From: Octopus sinensis
Taxonomy: Eukaryota
Length of the DNA stretch: 64,000 nucleotides
Assembly: GCF_006345805.1 (NCBI RefSeq)
Contig: NC_043008.1
Location: 12,090,001-12,154,000 of the forward strand
Direction: 5' to 3'
Shown here: positions 25,912-38,797 of the stretch, piece after piece
Layout of the letters: each line of letters begins with the position of its first letter
How positions within the stretch are numbered: the stretch's first letter is position 1
Notes under the pieces: generated by a model
Database searches by the model: none
Told to the model about the DNA's origin: nothing
Seen by the model: only the letters and a program-made list of their open reading frames with translations
Position numbers and translations under genes: made by a program

Positions 25912-25943
<32 letters not shown>

Positions 25944-26055
25944 ATTTTAAAATAGGATAAAATCTTTATAAGAATTTATCAAGTAGTTAGCGTGAAAAAC
26001 ATCATAAGAGAAAAATCCACTACATTTTCTCTTAAATATATATATTCATATGATA

Positions 26056-26226
26056 TAGAGGGCATTGCTATACATAAAGGCCACATGCTAGGAGGGATTC
26101 CCCTAGCTGGCTAGCTTCGAGAGTTGCATTCCCTCGCATTCTGTACGATGTGTTTATTTATTTTGGTAGTTTTGACTTTAAGAGTCCCTCCTAGTGTGTG
26201 GCATTTATGTATAGTAATGCCCTCTA
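26056..26226. mobile_element. MITE with about 41-bp TIRs and TA flanks
   Basis: ta|gagggcattgctatacataaaggccacatgctaggaggga ... tccctcctagtgtgtggcatttatgtatagtaatgccctc|ta. Confidence 0.85.
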
Positions 26227-26964
26227 TATGATATATGTATATATAGGTATAAATTAGTAAATATTTAGCAGAAGTAGTAGAGTAATTTAAGATGTATTTG
26301 TATTTATGATTTAGTCAAGAACAGTGAATTGCGTCCTTGACCTTCGTAACATCCCTCCACCACTACCCCTAGCACCATCACCTCCACCATTCCAAATTAT
26401 TGAGATTGATGCACTTGGTGTTCACCTTGACTTACGCAAGTTGATATATAAAAATAGAATCATAGGCAGAAAGAGAACTTCAGCAGTTTGGTAAATTCTC
26501 AGCAACGCTTTCTTTTAGGAACGAGAGTAATGCTTATTTTGGTTTATAGAGAAAATTGATTTATTTGCAAAAGATTCTATCAAATGAAATTCCCATCACA
26601 TAAAAGATATCTTTGAATTCTTCAGCGTTTCTTTTATCTTTTATGTTTTGGTCATTGGTCTGTGCCCATGCTGGGGCACCGTCTTGAAGAATTTCTTCAA
26701 ACAAATCGATCCCAGTACTTTTATGATTTTTTTTGTTTTTATATTTTGATCCTTTTATGTGTTATAGTCAGTAGGTTGTGACCCTGCTGGGGCAATTCCT
26801 TGAAGAATTTCAGTTAAATGAATTAACCATGGTGCTTGTTGTTTTGCAAAATCCTTGTACTTATTCTATCAGTCTCTTTGATCAAACTGCTAAGATGCAG
26901 GGATGTAAACAAACCTCCACAGGAGGTCAAGTGGTGGTGGAGGATAAAACCGAGGCAGACATAA

Positions 26965-27470
26965 ACACACATACATATGTACGTATGTACATACACATAT
27001 ACGTGCATGCATGCATTCATATGTACACACATGCATACATACATACATTCATACATATATACATACATACATAGACACATACATACGTACACACATACAT
27101 ATGTACATACATGCATACATACACACATACATAATACATCCATACAAGCATATATATACATACATACATAATACATACATATGTGCATACATTCATACAT
27201 ATATATGTACATACATAGACACACACATACGTACATACATACATATGTACATGCATGCATACATACATATGTACATACATACATACGTATGTACATACAT
27301 ACACACATACATATGTACATACATACATACGTATGTACATACATACATACACACATACATATGTACATACATACATACAGACATACATACATACATACAT
27401 ACATACGTATGTATGTACATACATACACACATACGTACGTACGTACATACATACAAACATACATACATAC
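26965..27470. repeat. (CATA)n/(CGTA) microsatellite
   Basis: Directly visible. A similar (TATG)n tract lies at 32465-32995. Confidence 0.97.
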
Positions 27471-27892
27471 ATTGTTGGCAAATCATAAATCTGTAAAAAA
27501 AAACACAATCCTAAGTTATCGAGCAATATAGTATAATGTTAGAAATGTGTAGATAGAGGCTGACACATTATTCTTGCCGGTCAGGAAACATGTTAAGCCC
27601 CAAGGTATGTTTTTCTTTGGTGACAATTTTTCTACCTACAGGAATATTCTCCTGAGGAGAAGAATGGAACTGTTAGGTTCCTAACTTCAGAATTGCAATA
27701 GAGAATTAATTTTTCATTTTTAAGGTTTGAAATTTATGTCATGTCACCAACTGACACCTTTATTGTGAAGAGATAGAATATGAGTGTTTATAGTGACTTT
27801 GATAGCTATTTCTAGACATGTAAGGGTTTTTGCAATCCTCTCAGTTATAATTGTAATTTATTCATAAACATAAACACTTCTTATATATATAT

Positions 27893-28080
27893 ATGATAGA
27901 TTGGTAGCCACTACACACATTTTTTTTCTTCCTTGTTTTTTCTGTGTCCCTTTCTGTAGAAGAGCGTAGTCTCGAAACATAGAAGACTTTTTTATTTCCC
28001 GAGCGTTATACTAATACATCTGTTTGTTTTCTACACCACTTGTCTTAGTCCTTTGTTTTTTTTTCGGGAATTCTCCCTAT
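27893..28080 (+). mobile_element. Hammerhead-like short repeat, family A, copy 2
   Basis: ttt-CTGTAGA-a-gagc-gtag-tctc-GAAA-cata-gaaga at 27951-27986. (TA)n on both sides. Confidence 0.75.
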
Positions 28081-28467
28081 ATATACACATATATATATAT
28101 ATAATCATTAGTCTGATGCTCAAAGGGGTCAAATCATTAAACACTGCTGAAGGCATTTGCACTAAAGACTAGATTAAATATCTAAAAGCATCAAATGGCA
28201 TTATTTCGTTTCCAGAAGCAAACCTTTTAATAATTACAGTGTCTATAAACTTTTGAGATGTCAGTGAGTATGTGTGTGTGTATATATATATACATATGCA
28301 ATATCAATAATACAGTGATTGTTTCTTATCAGGAACAAAATGTTTAATAGGACTGCAATAGAAGTGCTCAATTAAATGAGACAAATATACATACATATAT
28401 ATGTTTATATGGGTGTATGTGTGTGTGTTTATGAGTGTGCATATATATATATATATATATATAAGTA

Positions 28468-28553
28468 AATATTTAGCAGAAGTAACAGAGTAACTGAAGA
28501 TGTGGCATGAAACTCTCAGACCTCGAGTCACTCTATTACTTCTGCTAAATATT
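28468..28553. other. 86-bp fold-back element (28-bp arms) with a CTGAAGA...GAAAC segment
   Basis: aatatttagcagaagtaacagagtaact pairs with agtcactctattacttctgctaaatatt (2 mismatches). A partial second copy lies at about 26268-26305. Confidence 0.8.
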
Positions 28554-28604
28554 AAAAAAATATACTCATATTTTAGCTTCTATTTCCCTGTCTGCATCAA
28601 CATA

Positions 28605-28638
<34 letters not shown>

Positions 28639-29189
28639 GGTCCCGGGTTGAGTTGGGGTAAACCACAGTAAATAAGGTACTCAATACATAGCAGTGTAAA
28701 GTAATTTATTTTAAACTGTTCTAGTCCTGTGAAGTCCTTCTATAAAAGATATATATATATATATATATATATTATATTACATACACGCACACACACACAC
28801 ATATACACATAGAGAAAGAGTGGGATAGAGTTTGTTCCAACTTAGTATTTTTTTAGAAAAAAGATATAAAAGGGAAGGCAATGTTAGATATCAGTCGCAT
28901 CTTTATCTGCATATGTTTGCATATATTTGGGTGCATCTAAGTACATGCATACATATCTACTTGCATCTCTGCATCTATGACCTCCAGTGTTGTTCCTCTC
29001 TCTCTCTCTCTCTCTCTGTGCATAGACAAGCACAGTAACTTGTGTTGTAATTAATGTTGGGAAGGAATCCAACTGGAAAGTCTTTGTTCTGATTGCTACA
29101 TCTTTCTTGTGTAATACCGGTTGCTCAATGGAAGCTGGAAAGCAAAAACACATTTACTGGGATGGCAATTTATCCTTACGCACATCATC

Positions 29190-29600
29190 ATCGTCATCAT
29201 CGTTATCATCATTATCATCATCACTTAACATCTATTTTCCGTGCTGGCATCATGGGTTGGATTGTTTGACGAGAGCTAGCAAGTCAGCTGCACAACATGC
29301 CATCTTTGGCATGATTTCAACAGCTGGATGTCCTTCTTAATGCTAACCACTTTAAAGATTGCAGTAGGTGCTTCTTATATGCTGTGAGCATGAGCACATT
29401 TTATGTGGCACCAATACAGGTGCAGTTTATGCAATACTTGCACAGGTGATATATGGCACCAGTCCAGGTGCTTTTTATGAGGTACCAGCACAGATGTTTT
29501 TTATGTGACACCAGCACAGGTGCTATTTGTATGGTACCAGCACGAGTGGCTTTTATGTGGGACCAACACAGGTGCTTTTTATGTATCACTGGCAGAGGTG
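29190..29600 (-). mobile_element. VNTR-headed SINE-like copy with degenerate 26-bp units
   Basis: About 7 decayed ggtgctttttatgtggcaccagcaca-type units at 29400-29590 upstream of the core. Similar units at 48465-48575(+). Confidence 0.75.
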
Positions 29601-29664
29601 TATTCCTAAAATTGTATAATTCTAGGGTGAAAATCTGAAATGCTTGATAGAAATTCTACAAGAA

Positions 29665-30255
29665 AGGCAGCAAGCTGGCAGAAACACTGGCATGCCGGGC
29701 GAAATGCGTAGCGGTATTTCGTCTGCTGCTATGTTCTGAGTTCAAATTCTGCCGAGGTTGACTTTGCTTTTCATCCTTTCGGAGTTGATTAAATAAGTAC
29801 CAGTTACGCACTGGGGTTGATGTAATCAACTTAATCCATTTGTCTGTTCTTTTTTTTCCCCTCTATGTTTAGCCCCTTGTGGGTAATAAAGAAATAAGAA
29901 ACGTTAGCACGTTCTGAGTTCAAATTCTGCTGAGGTAGACTTTGCCTTTCATCCTTTCGGGGGTCAATTAAATAAGTACCAGTTATGCACTGGGGTTGAT
30001 ATAATCGACTTAATCCATTTGTCTGTCCTTGTTTGTCCCCTCTATGTTTAGCCCCTTGTGGGTAATAAAGAAATAAGAAACGTTAGCACGTTCTGAGTTC
30101 AAATTCTGCCGAGGTAGACTTTGCCTTTCATTCTTTGGGGGGGTCAATTAAATAAGTACCAGTTATGCACTGGGATCGATGTAATCGACAATCCATTTGT
30201 CTGTTCTTTTTTTCCCCCTCTGTGTGTAGCTACTCGTGGGCAGTAAAGAAATAAG
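29665..30255 (+). mobile_element. Tandem trimer of the Meta-type SINE (180-bp period)
   Basis: Units 2 and 3 share a head deletion (gaaacgttagcacg|ttctgag) and private variants (gaggtagact, ggtcaattaaat). Confidence 0.9.
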
Positions 30256-30985
30256 AAATTCTACAAGATCCCTTACTACCATTTCCAATATGCATTTGGA
30301 ATCATTTTGAACATTGTTCTATTCTCGTGTGACAGGATGTAATCTTGTATCATCATCAAGCATTTCTTAATTAAGCACAGCATGCCAACATATTGCTGTT
30401 TAACTCTGTACCAAAGCTGAGGCGGCAGATCTCTACCAAAGACATTCTAGCTTGGCAAATGTTATTGTTTAGCTCTAGCTTAGAGCAAATCAAACAGTCC
30501 TATCTCTGATGATGAAAACTATTCGAATCAGCACTCTGTCGTTTCTTAAGCATTATATCACCATGACAATATTTTCTAATGCTGTTTTTTTTTTAAAGAC
30601 AGTACGATGTGGTTTGAAGGAGACTTGGTTGCTATTTCTAGCATGACAAGCGACCTCATAGATGCTCTCCTACAGGGTGCTATAAAGGCAGTGACAAATC
30701 GAGAAATCGCTGATTATAAAGCATACATAATCGATAAACTCGAAGTTAACACCAATATTATTAATGAAAATAATCTAGTTTTTAAGGAGAATGATGATGG
30801 TGATGATGATGATGATGGTGATGGTGATGATGATGATGATGATGATGATAAACATATTCCATCTAATCTATTGCAATCAATGTAATAACCAAGCAGAGAT
30901 ATCTTATTCAAACTACTGTTGATTTTTGAACACCTAATTGCTCATACATACATACATATGTGTATATATGTATATATATAAGTAC

Positions 30986-31019
<34 letters not shown>

Positions 31020-31310
31020 ATATTTATATATATTATATATATATATTATGGGGTGTGTATATATGTATGAGTATATATACATGCTTGCAAAAATATATTA
31101 TATATATACACACACACACACACAACCATACACACCTGAATGTGTGTGTGTGCATGTGTGTGTGAGCAATTTTAGGAAAATTATATATGCTTGCATATAC
31201 TGAATATTAATAAGCATACAAACTGCAGGATGAAACTAAATTAAGATTCTAGAAGGAAATAATACCACAAATAATATATATGATATATATATATATATGT
31301 ATGTATGCAT

Positions 31311-31369
<59 letters not shown>

Positions 31370-31865
31370 AAGTATGTATGTATATATGTATGTATGTGTA
31401 TGTATGTATGTATATATATATATATAGATAGATAGATAGATAGATATAGAACAAATGAGGAGTTATAATTTTATCTGTTTTTTCGCAGAAAATACTTTTT
31501 TTTTTAAGGTAATAATACATTTCTTGTAATATTTTTCTTCTTCTCAGCATTACTATTAATGCTGCTGCTACTGCCATTTTGCTTACATTACTATTCTGCT
31601 GCTAAAAATAATAATGATTTCACATTTTCTTTTTTCTTGCCATTTTCTTTTCCATTGTAATAAGCAAGAAAGTTTTAAAATTTTTAGGAAGAAAATGAAT
31701 GAAAAAATGCATTGGCTCCTTTAATTGCATTTATATGATGAGCTTTGCTTCTTAAATACACCAGCACATATGTATAATATATGCATAAACAATGCATTAT
31801 ATACACATATATATATACGTGTATATATATATATATATATAATATATATATATATTATATATATA

Positions 31866-31896
<31 letters not shown>

Positions 31897-32289
31897 ATAT
31901 ATATATATCATCATCATCATTTAGCATCTGCTTTCCATGCTAGCATGGGTTGGATGGCTCAACTGGGGTCCGGGAAGCCAGAAGGCTGCACCAGGCCCAG
32001 TCTGATCCGGCAATGTTTCTATGGCTATATGCCCTTCCTAACGTCAACCACTCCATGAGTGTAGTGGGTGCTTTATATATATACATATATACTCTTTCAC
32101 TTGTTTTAATCATTTGATTTTGGCCAAAATGGAGCACCATCTTAAAGGGGTTTTGGTGGAAGAAATTGATCTCAAGACTTATTTTTTGGAAGCCTAGTCT
32201 TACTCTATCAGTCACTTTTTCTGAATTGCTAAGTTACAGGGATGTAATCTCTCTTCTCTCTCTCTCTCTCTTCTATCTGTATATATCTA

Positions 32290-32335
<46 letters not shown>

Positions 32336-32664
32336 CGAAATTGCAAAGATAATCTGGAACTTCACTGAGGAAAGAAAACTCCAAATGACCCATCCCTGTT
32401 TTTTCTTGTCCTTTTTTGTATCATCTGTCTAGATGTTTTGTGTTCTTGTCCCATTTTTGTATTCCATTATATATATATTATATATATATATGTGTATGTA
32501 TGTATGTATGTATATATGTATGTATGCATGTATGTATATATGTATGTATGCATGTATGTATGTATGTATGTATGTATGTATGTGTATGTATGTATGCATG
32601 TATGTATGTATGTATGTATGTATGAATGTATGTATGTATGTATGTATGTATGTATGCATGTATG

Positions 32665-32697
<33 letters not shown>

Positions 32698-33795
32698 GTA
32701 TGTATGTATGTATGTATGTATGCATGTATGCATGTATGTATGTATGTATGTATATGTAGTATGTATGATGTATGAATGTATGTATGTATGTATGTATGCA
32801 TGTATGTAGTATGTATGTATGTATGTATGCATGTATGTATGTATGCATGTATGTATGTATGTATGTATGTATGAATGTATGTATGTATGTATGTATGTAT
32901 GTATGCATGTATGTATGTATGTATGTATGTATGTATGTATGTATGAATGTATGTATGTATGCATGTATGTACGTATGTATGTATATGTATATATATGGGT
33001 TTAGCTGCATGGTTAAGTAGTTTGCTTTGCGTCACTGTGGTTTTGAATTAAGTCCCAACCCACTGCATGGCACTTTGGGTAAGTGTCTTCTACTACAGCG
33101 CCAGACCAACAAATGTCTTGTAGATGTACAAAGCCCATTGTATATTTATATCACACTTCTTTTCTCTCAAGAAAAAAATAATCTGAGAAAATCACCCTGG
33201 GTGTTTTTCGTGAATTTGAGCCTCCCATGTGCTAATTTTGTCCCAGGTGCTCCCTTCTACCTAGCCTGACTCCATCAAAATAACAATATTTGCTTAGACA
33301 TTATTATTATTATTATTGTTATTGCTAGTACCGTAAAAAGAATGTATGGTAATGTGCTAGATTGCTTTAAATATTACATGCTTAAATGCACTGGAAACAT
33401 TTTTTCCCCCCACCGAACCTGTTCTGCTGAAATAGGGGAAGAGGTGTGTAAGTTACCTGTGCATCTTCTATGTTGTCAGGTACGTTAATGAGTGTGTGAG
33501 TGTGTGCACACGTGTGTATGTGTGTTTGTGTGTGTCTGTAAGTGCTTGCATTTTATGTTGTTCGCAAAAGTGTGTGTTGATCTGTGAACTGTGAGGTCAG
33601 TGAGTGGATAAGAGTTTGTGTTTGTAAAGATGAGTGGAATGAAATGTCTGTTGGAAAAGGAAAAAAAAATACAGGCAAAGGTTAACAACAGCTGTAAAAA
33701 CAATGACTCTGTGATATGTGTTTTATTATGTAATTAACCTAGGTTAGCATGGGAAATTGGCTGCATAATGACTGATGGAATAAGCAAATATATAC

Positions 33796-33833
<38 letters not shown>

Positions 33834-34022
33834 TATATTAATATATATATATATACATTACTCATATACATACACACACATATATATACATATATGTATG
33901 TATGTGTATATACATATGTGCATATACATATATATATATGCACACACATATACATATTTATACATATACATATATATACATGCCTACATATATATGCATA
34001 TATATATCTATATATCTATCTA

Positions 34023-34059
<37 letters not shown>

Positions 34060-34429
34060 CATATATAAACAGACACATATATATATATAATATATTATAT
34101 ATATATATTTTTATATATTATATATATATATATATATATTATTGTGAGTGCTGTGTTCTGAGATGCGTAGTGAGTTAGGGTGAGTGCGAGAGAGACATAG
34201 AATGGCTTTTTCTCTCCTACAATAAATATAGAATCTCCTTTTCTTTATATCCAGTTTTTTTTAAAAAAACCTTTATGTATCTATTTATCTCTAACAACTG
34301 GCATTGATATTTTCACCATTATGTCTTCATTTCATTTCTTTCATTAAATTTTTAAAAAAACCCAAATATATAGCCTGATTAAGTTCAGTGATTATATGTT
34401 TATATATGCATACATATATCTATATACAT

Positions 34430-34464
34430 CTAATATATATTTTTTATTTTATTTTCAGGTAAGT
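34430..34464 (+). promoter_or_regulatory. Recursive-splice-site motif (branch point, U tract, CAG|GTAAGT)
   Basis: ctaat at 34430-34434, ttttttattttattttcag ending at 34458, immediately followed by gtaagt at 34459-34464. Confidence 0.45.
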
Positions 34465-34784
34465 GTACAATGTACATTCTTTACTGTCTCCAAGAACGGC
34501 TCAATGTTCTGATATTCCTGATTTAAGTGAGAATCCGGTAAAGTATGATATATATACCATATAGAAATACACGTGCATCTTTTTTGTAGCAAGGTTGTGA
34601 AAGAAAAATTCTTGTTTGGTTTACCATCCTGTAAATCTTAGAATGGTCTTGTAGACTTTTATTGTTGCAGGTATTGCGATCATTTGTAATGCATAATTTA
34701 AAGAGTTGCATTCTTTCCCCAAGAACCCAAAGTCAGCCTTTCTATGCTCCAGGCTGGCCAGTATATATCCTGTGGCTCCAGTAA

Positions 34785-35340
34785 TTGGAACAGATCATTA
34801 AAGTCTGGAAAGAGTTATATTATAGCCTGATTAATAAGGGAAAAAGTTAAATGAAATTAGCATACAATTTGGTTTTCTGCCAGAGAGAAGCACTAGGGAT
34901 GCTTTCATTCTAGTGGCAGAAGTATTTGACAAAAATAATCCATTGTACTCGGTATTTATTGACTTGGAAAAGATATTCGGCAGGGTCTCTCACTTCCTGA
35001 TCTGGTGGTCCTTAAGGAAGGTTGGGGTAAACAAATGGCTTGTGAGGGACATACCAGCAATGCACAAGTAAAATAAGTTAGCAATGAGTACAGCAACAGA
35101 TTTAGGGTACAGGTAGGGGTTCATCAAGGTTTGATTGTCAGTCAACACCTGTTCATCATCGTCCTCCACTCCATAACAGAGGAAGGAATTTAAAACCAGT
35201 TGTCCTTGAGAACTACTATATGCTGACATTCTTTCTTTTATTGCGCAATGTGTAGTAGAATTAGGGCAGGAATTACATGTACGGAAGTAAAGTCTGGAAC
35301 TAAAGGGTCCTAAATTTATCTTAGCAAAGACCAGTGGCAG
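34785..35340 (+). pseudogene. Degraded RTE-clade reverse transcriptase, first part
   Basis: IQFGFLPERSTRDA...FIDLEKIFGRV...WWSLRKVGV, VGVHQG...LFIIVL and ELLYAD, with frameshifts and stops. Confidence 0.9.
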
Positions 35341-35955
35341 CTCGTGTATAAGCACTGTAGAACTGCATCACTCCCTATTTCCACTCAATATTATCAATAA
35401 CATTCAATATAATGAGTCCTTTTTTCTTTAATTCTTTCTTTATATTTGTACGTTATATAATCATGAAGCTTAATGTTAGTAGGCATCCCCTAATTTATGA
35501 AAAAAATACCAAAACTCCTGCATAGAACTGTGTGCTTCCCAGTTCCAGTGACGCAGTGTTTGGCTATTGTGTGCATGCTCACAAGTCTGAGATAGGAAGC
35601 TGCATGTTAGGGAGTGAGAGCACTGTCATTCACACAGTTCCAACCCTGGTGTGTAGGTGAAAGGTAGTGTTTCTTTTTGACTTAAAAACGTGTGTTGTAC
35701 TTAAAAACGTGTTTATATTCTTGAATGTGATAAAGTGTAGAATTAGATTATTATCCTGCTTCCAGCTACAGTGTTGCTGCCAGGATTTGAAAAATAGGGC
35801 AGATTTCTGCCCCTGCCCCTTATTTTGTGATTCAGGGAGGATTTTTGAAAAACAAGGGGGAATTCGTGGCAGTAATCATTGAACAAATTAAACACACTAC
35901 CCAGCAGTGGCTAAAACATGAACCGATCAAGTTTATGAAAAAATTTTCTTTTTAT

Positions 35956-36096
35956 AGTCAAGACTATTGAAAAGGTTGCAAGACACATTGAAAATTTTAG
36001 GAAAATAAAAATAAGAAATAAGTGGAAATTTTACCGGTGAGTGTGTTACATAATAAGGCACAAAAAGAAAATGATTCTCCCCAGACACAACAGAAT
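35956..36096 (+). repeat. Unclassified repeat segment, also at 56662-56802
   Basis: agtcaagactattgaaaaggttgcaaga...cagacacaacagaat is shared by both loci. It lies inside the 0.9-kb interruption of the RT pseudogene. Confidence 0.85.
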
Positions 36097-36284
36097 GTGC
36101 TTCAACACATGAACTCATATAAAGAATCTTGCAAACCAAATCCCAAAACGACGTATTCTTTTTATATGTTTATTTCCTTTTATACAATATTAAAACAATG
36201 GCTAAAAATTTTCTGAAGCAGCACTCCAACTAATTTTATTTATGAGCCACCACTGGCAAAGACCAAAGTTGTAGTTTTCAGGAA

Positions 36285-36745
36285 TATAGACAGGACTCTC
36301 CTCTCTTTTCGAAAATGACCCTGCATGATATGTAGGAAATGTGAAGGTAAAAATTCTACCGAGGGTACGTAGTACAAGCTATGGACACACAAAAGGTGCA
36401 GTGAAATCACAAGATTATAAGAGAAAGAAGACAGGTGCACAGAAATAATATTAAGAATTCATAAGAAATAAAATTTTCTTGGATATCCAGGAGAATCCTT
36501 AGAAGTAGAAAATAGTTTCTTTTACTTGGGTGACCCTAATTGGCAGAGGTGGTGGATGTTCTGAAAACATAGTTGCCAGAATAAGAAGAGGGGAGAGAAA
36601 GTTGAGACAGTTGTTGCTTCTGTTGGTAGGAAAAGTTCTTTCTCTCAGTGTGAGATGTTGATCATGTGATGCATGTGTGTGAAGAGTGTTGTTGCATGGT
36701 AGTGAAAAGGCCTGAGCCTTGAATGCAGAGGAACATACAGAGACT
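36285..36745 (+). pseudogene. Continuation of the degraded RTE ORF
   Basis: RK*PCMICRK...KLWTHKRCS, then residues matching LEV..SF.YLGD, GGGCSE...ARIR and LHGSE. Colinear with 34785-35340. Confidence 0.8.
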
Positions 36746-36767
36746 AGGAAAGAAGGAAGATATTAAG

Positions 36768-36808
<41 letters not shown>

Positions 36809-37802
36809 TAGAGAGATAGAGCATGGAGAAACGAGGGTGGATATACAGGTAGGAAAGAAAAGAGAAGGTAGGACTATGGAGTGGTGGTGGAGAGTCAGTG
36901 AGTGAAAGATATCCTCCGACCAAGGGTTATAAAGCTAAATAATGAGAAAGGTTGGGTGGCAGGAGCTGATCAAAGAAATACATTTATCATACCCCGAAAT
37001 AGGGGATGGGAAATGAAAATATAAATATAAATCAACCAAATCAGAGGAGAGAGATAAGCAGGGTAGGATGGTGCATAAGGGGTTGTGGTGGTGGTGGTGG
37101 TGAAGGGGCAAGGAATCTGATAGGGAACTACTAAATAGAGGGTGAAATAATGGAGGTGGCGGGTGGGGTGGAGAAAGGAGAAAAAAGTGGGTGTGTGAGA
37201 TAAACATGGGTTCATCTGGATCTTAAAACAAAGCATGAGTGTAACATATTTCAAGATAGAGTTCTAAAGGTGTGTGTTTGTGTGTGTGTGTATTGAGGGG
37301 GGGTACCTTAAAGGTTATGAAGATATGTAGCAGGAGAATAAAACAGATGTTAGCAAGAGAATGAGTGCTCGGTGGGGGTGGGGGGAGGGATAAAAATGAA
37401 AAAAAAAAAAGTGGAAGAAAGGATAAGGAGGGAAAATATAAGCATCAAGATATATCTGGGTCGGTTTGAGCGTAATGATCTGTGGTAATAGGAAAAAGAT
37501 TCGCATGCATGTGTATATTTCACACATACACATATACACACACATACACAGATGCACACACACACATACACACATATATGATGAATATACATGTAAGTAC
37601 ATATATACTATATTTATATGTATGTGTGTGTGTGTGTGTGTGTGTATACCACCAGCCCTCCTTCACATGCACATACATACTCTCTTATACACACACACGC
37701 GCACCTTTGTGTTGAGGGCACCTTCGTATTGGAAGTCACTTAACCCTGTTATCTCCCCTACTGTCCCTCTCGCGTCTGACCACTGTCCGAAGTCAGGACG
37801 CC

Positions 37803-37990
37803 ATGATAGATCGTTAGCTCCTACACGAATTTTTTTCTCTCCTTGTTTTTTTCTGTGTATCTTTCTGTCGAAGCGCGTAGGCTCGAAACGTAAAAGACTT
37901 TTTCTATTCCTGAGCGCTATACTAATACATTTGTTTGTTTGTACACCACCTGCCTTCGTCTTTTGTTTATTTTCGTAAACTTTCCCGTTA
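37803..37990 (+). mobile_element. Hammerhead-like short repeat, family A, copy 3 (best-preserved core)
   Basis: tcttt-CTGTCGA-a-gcgc-gtag-gctc-GAAA-CG-TA-aaaga at 37860-37897. Confidence 0.8.
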
Positions 37991-38034
37991 TATATACATA
38001 CATATATACATGCACATATATAAGTGAAATTGTA

Positions 38035-38460
38035 GTCATGGCCGATACCAGTGCCATCTGACTGGCACCTGTGCTGGTGGTACGTAAAAAGCACCATCTG
38101 AGTGTAGTTGATACCAGCGCCGCCTAACTAGCCCTCATGCCAGTGGCACATAAAAAGCACCATTTGAGCATGGTCGATGCCACCTGAATGGCATGCAAAA
38201 CGCACAATTTGAGTATGGTTAATGCCAGCTCCACCTGACTGACTCCTGTGCCAGTGACACACAAAAAGCAGCATTCAAGTGTGGTCAATGCCAGTGTCGC
38301 ATAACTGACTCCTCTCGGAGTGGTTGGCATCAGGAAGGTCATCCAACTGTAGAAACTTTGTCAGATGAGATTGGAACTTGGTACAGCCTCCTGGCTTGTT
38401 AGTCCTCATTCAACCCATCCAACCCATGCCAGCACGGAAAGCAGACATTCAACAACAACA
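38035..38460 (+). mobile_element. VNTR-headed SINE-like copy with about 63-bp subrepeats
   Basis: Repeated ...ggcacgtaaaaagcacca.. units upstream of ggagtggttggcatcaggaagg. The same layout is seen at 61010-61470(-) and 20835-21115(+). Confidence 0.8.
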
Positions 38461-38495
38461 ACGACGACGATGACGACGACGACGAAGACGATGAC

Positions 38496-38569
<74 letters not shown>

Positions 38570-38742
38570 CGACGACGACGACGACGACGATGACGACGAT
38601 GACAACAACGACGACGACGACGACGATGATGATGATGATCATCATCATGGTGATGGTGATGATGATGATGATGACGATGAGGACGACGACAACGATGACG
38701 ACGATGGTGATGATGATGATGATGATGATGATAGTGATGATG

Positions 38743-38797
<55 letters not shown>

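Noticed and set aside
28216-28263. 48-nt plus-strand exon candidate (SKPFNNYSVYKLLRC)
   Set aside because: Moderate splice sites only. Such pseudo-exons are expected in 64 kb and there is no homology or phase evidence.
34459-34760. Duplicated LSPRT-coding mutually exclusive exons
   Set aside because: The shared DNA is two short words separated by an indel and the frames contain stops, so chance is likely.
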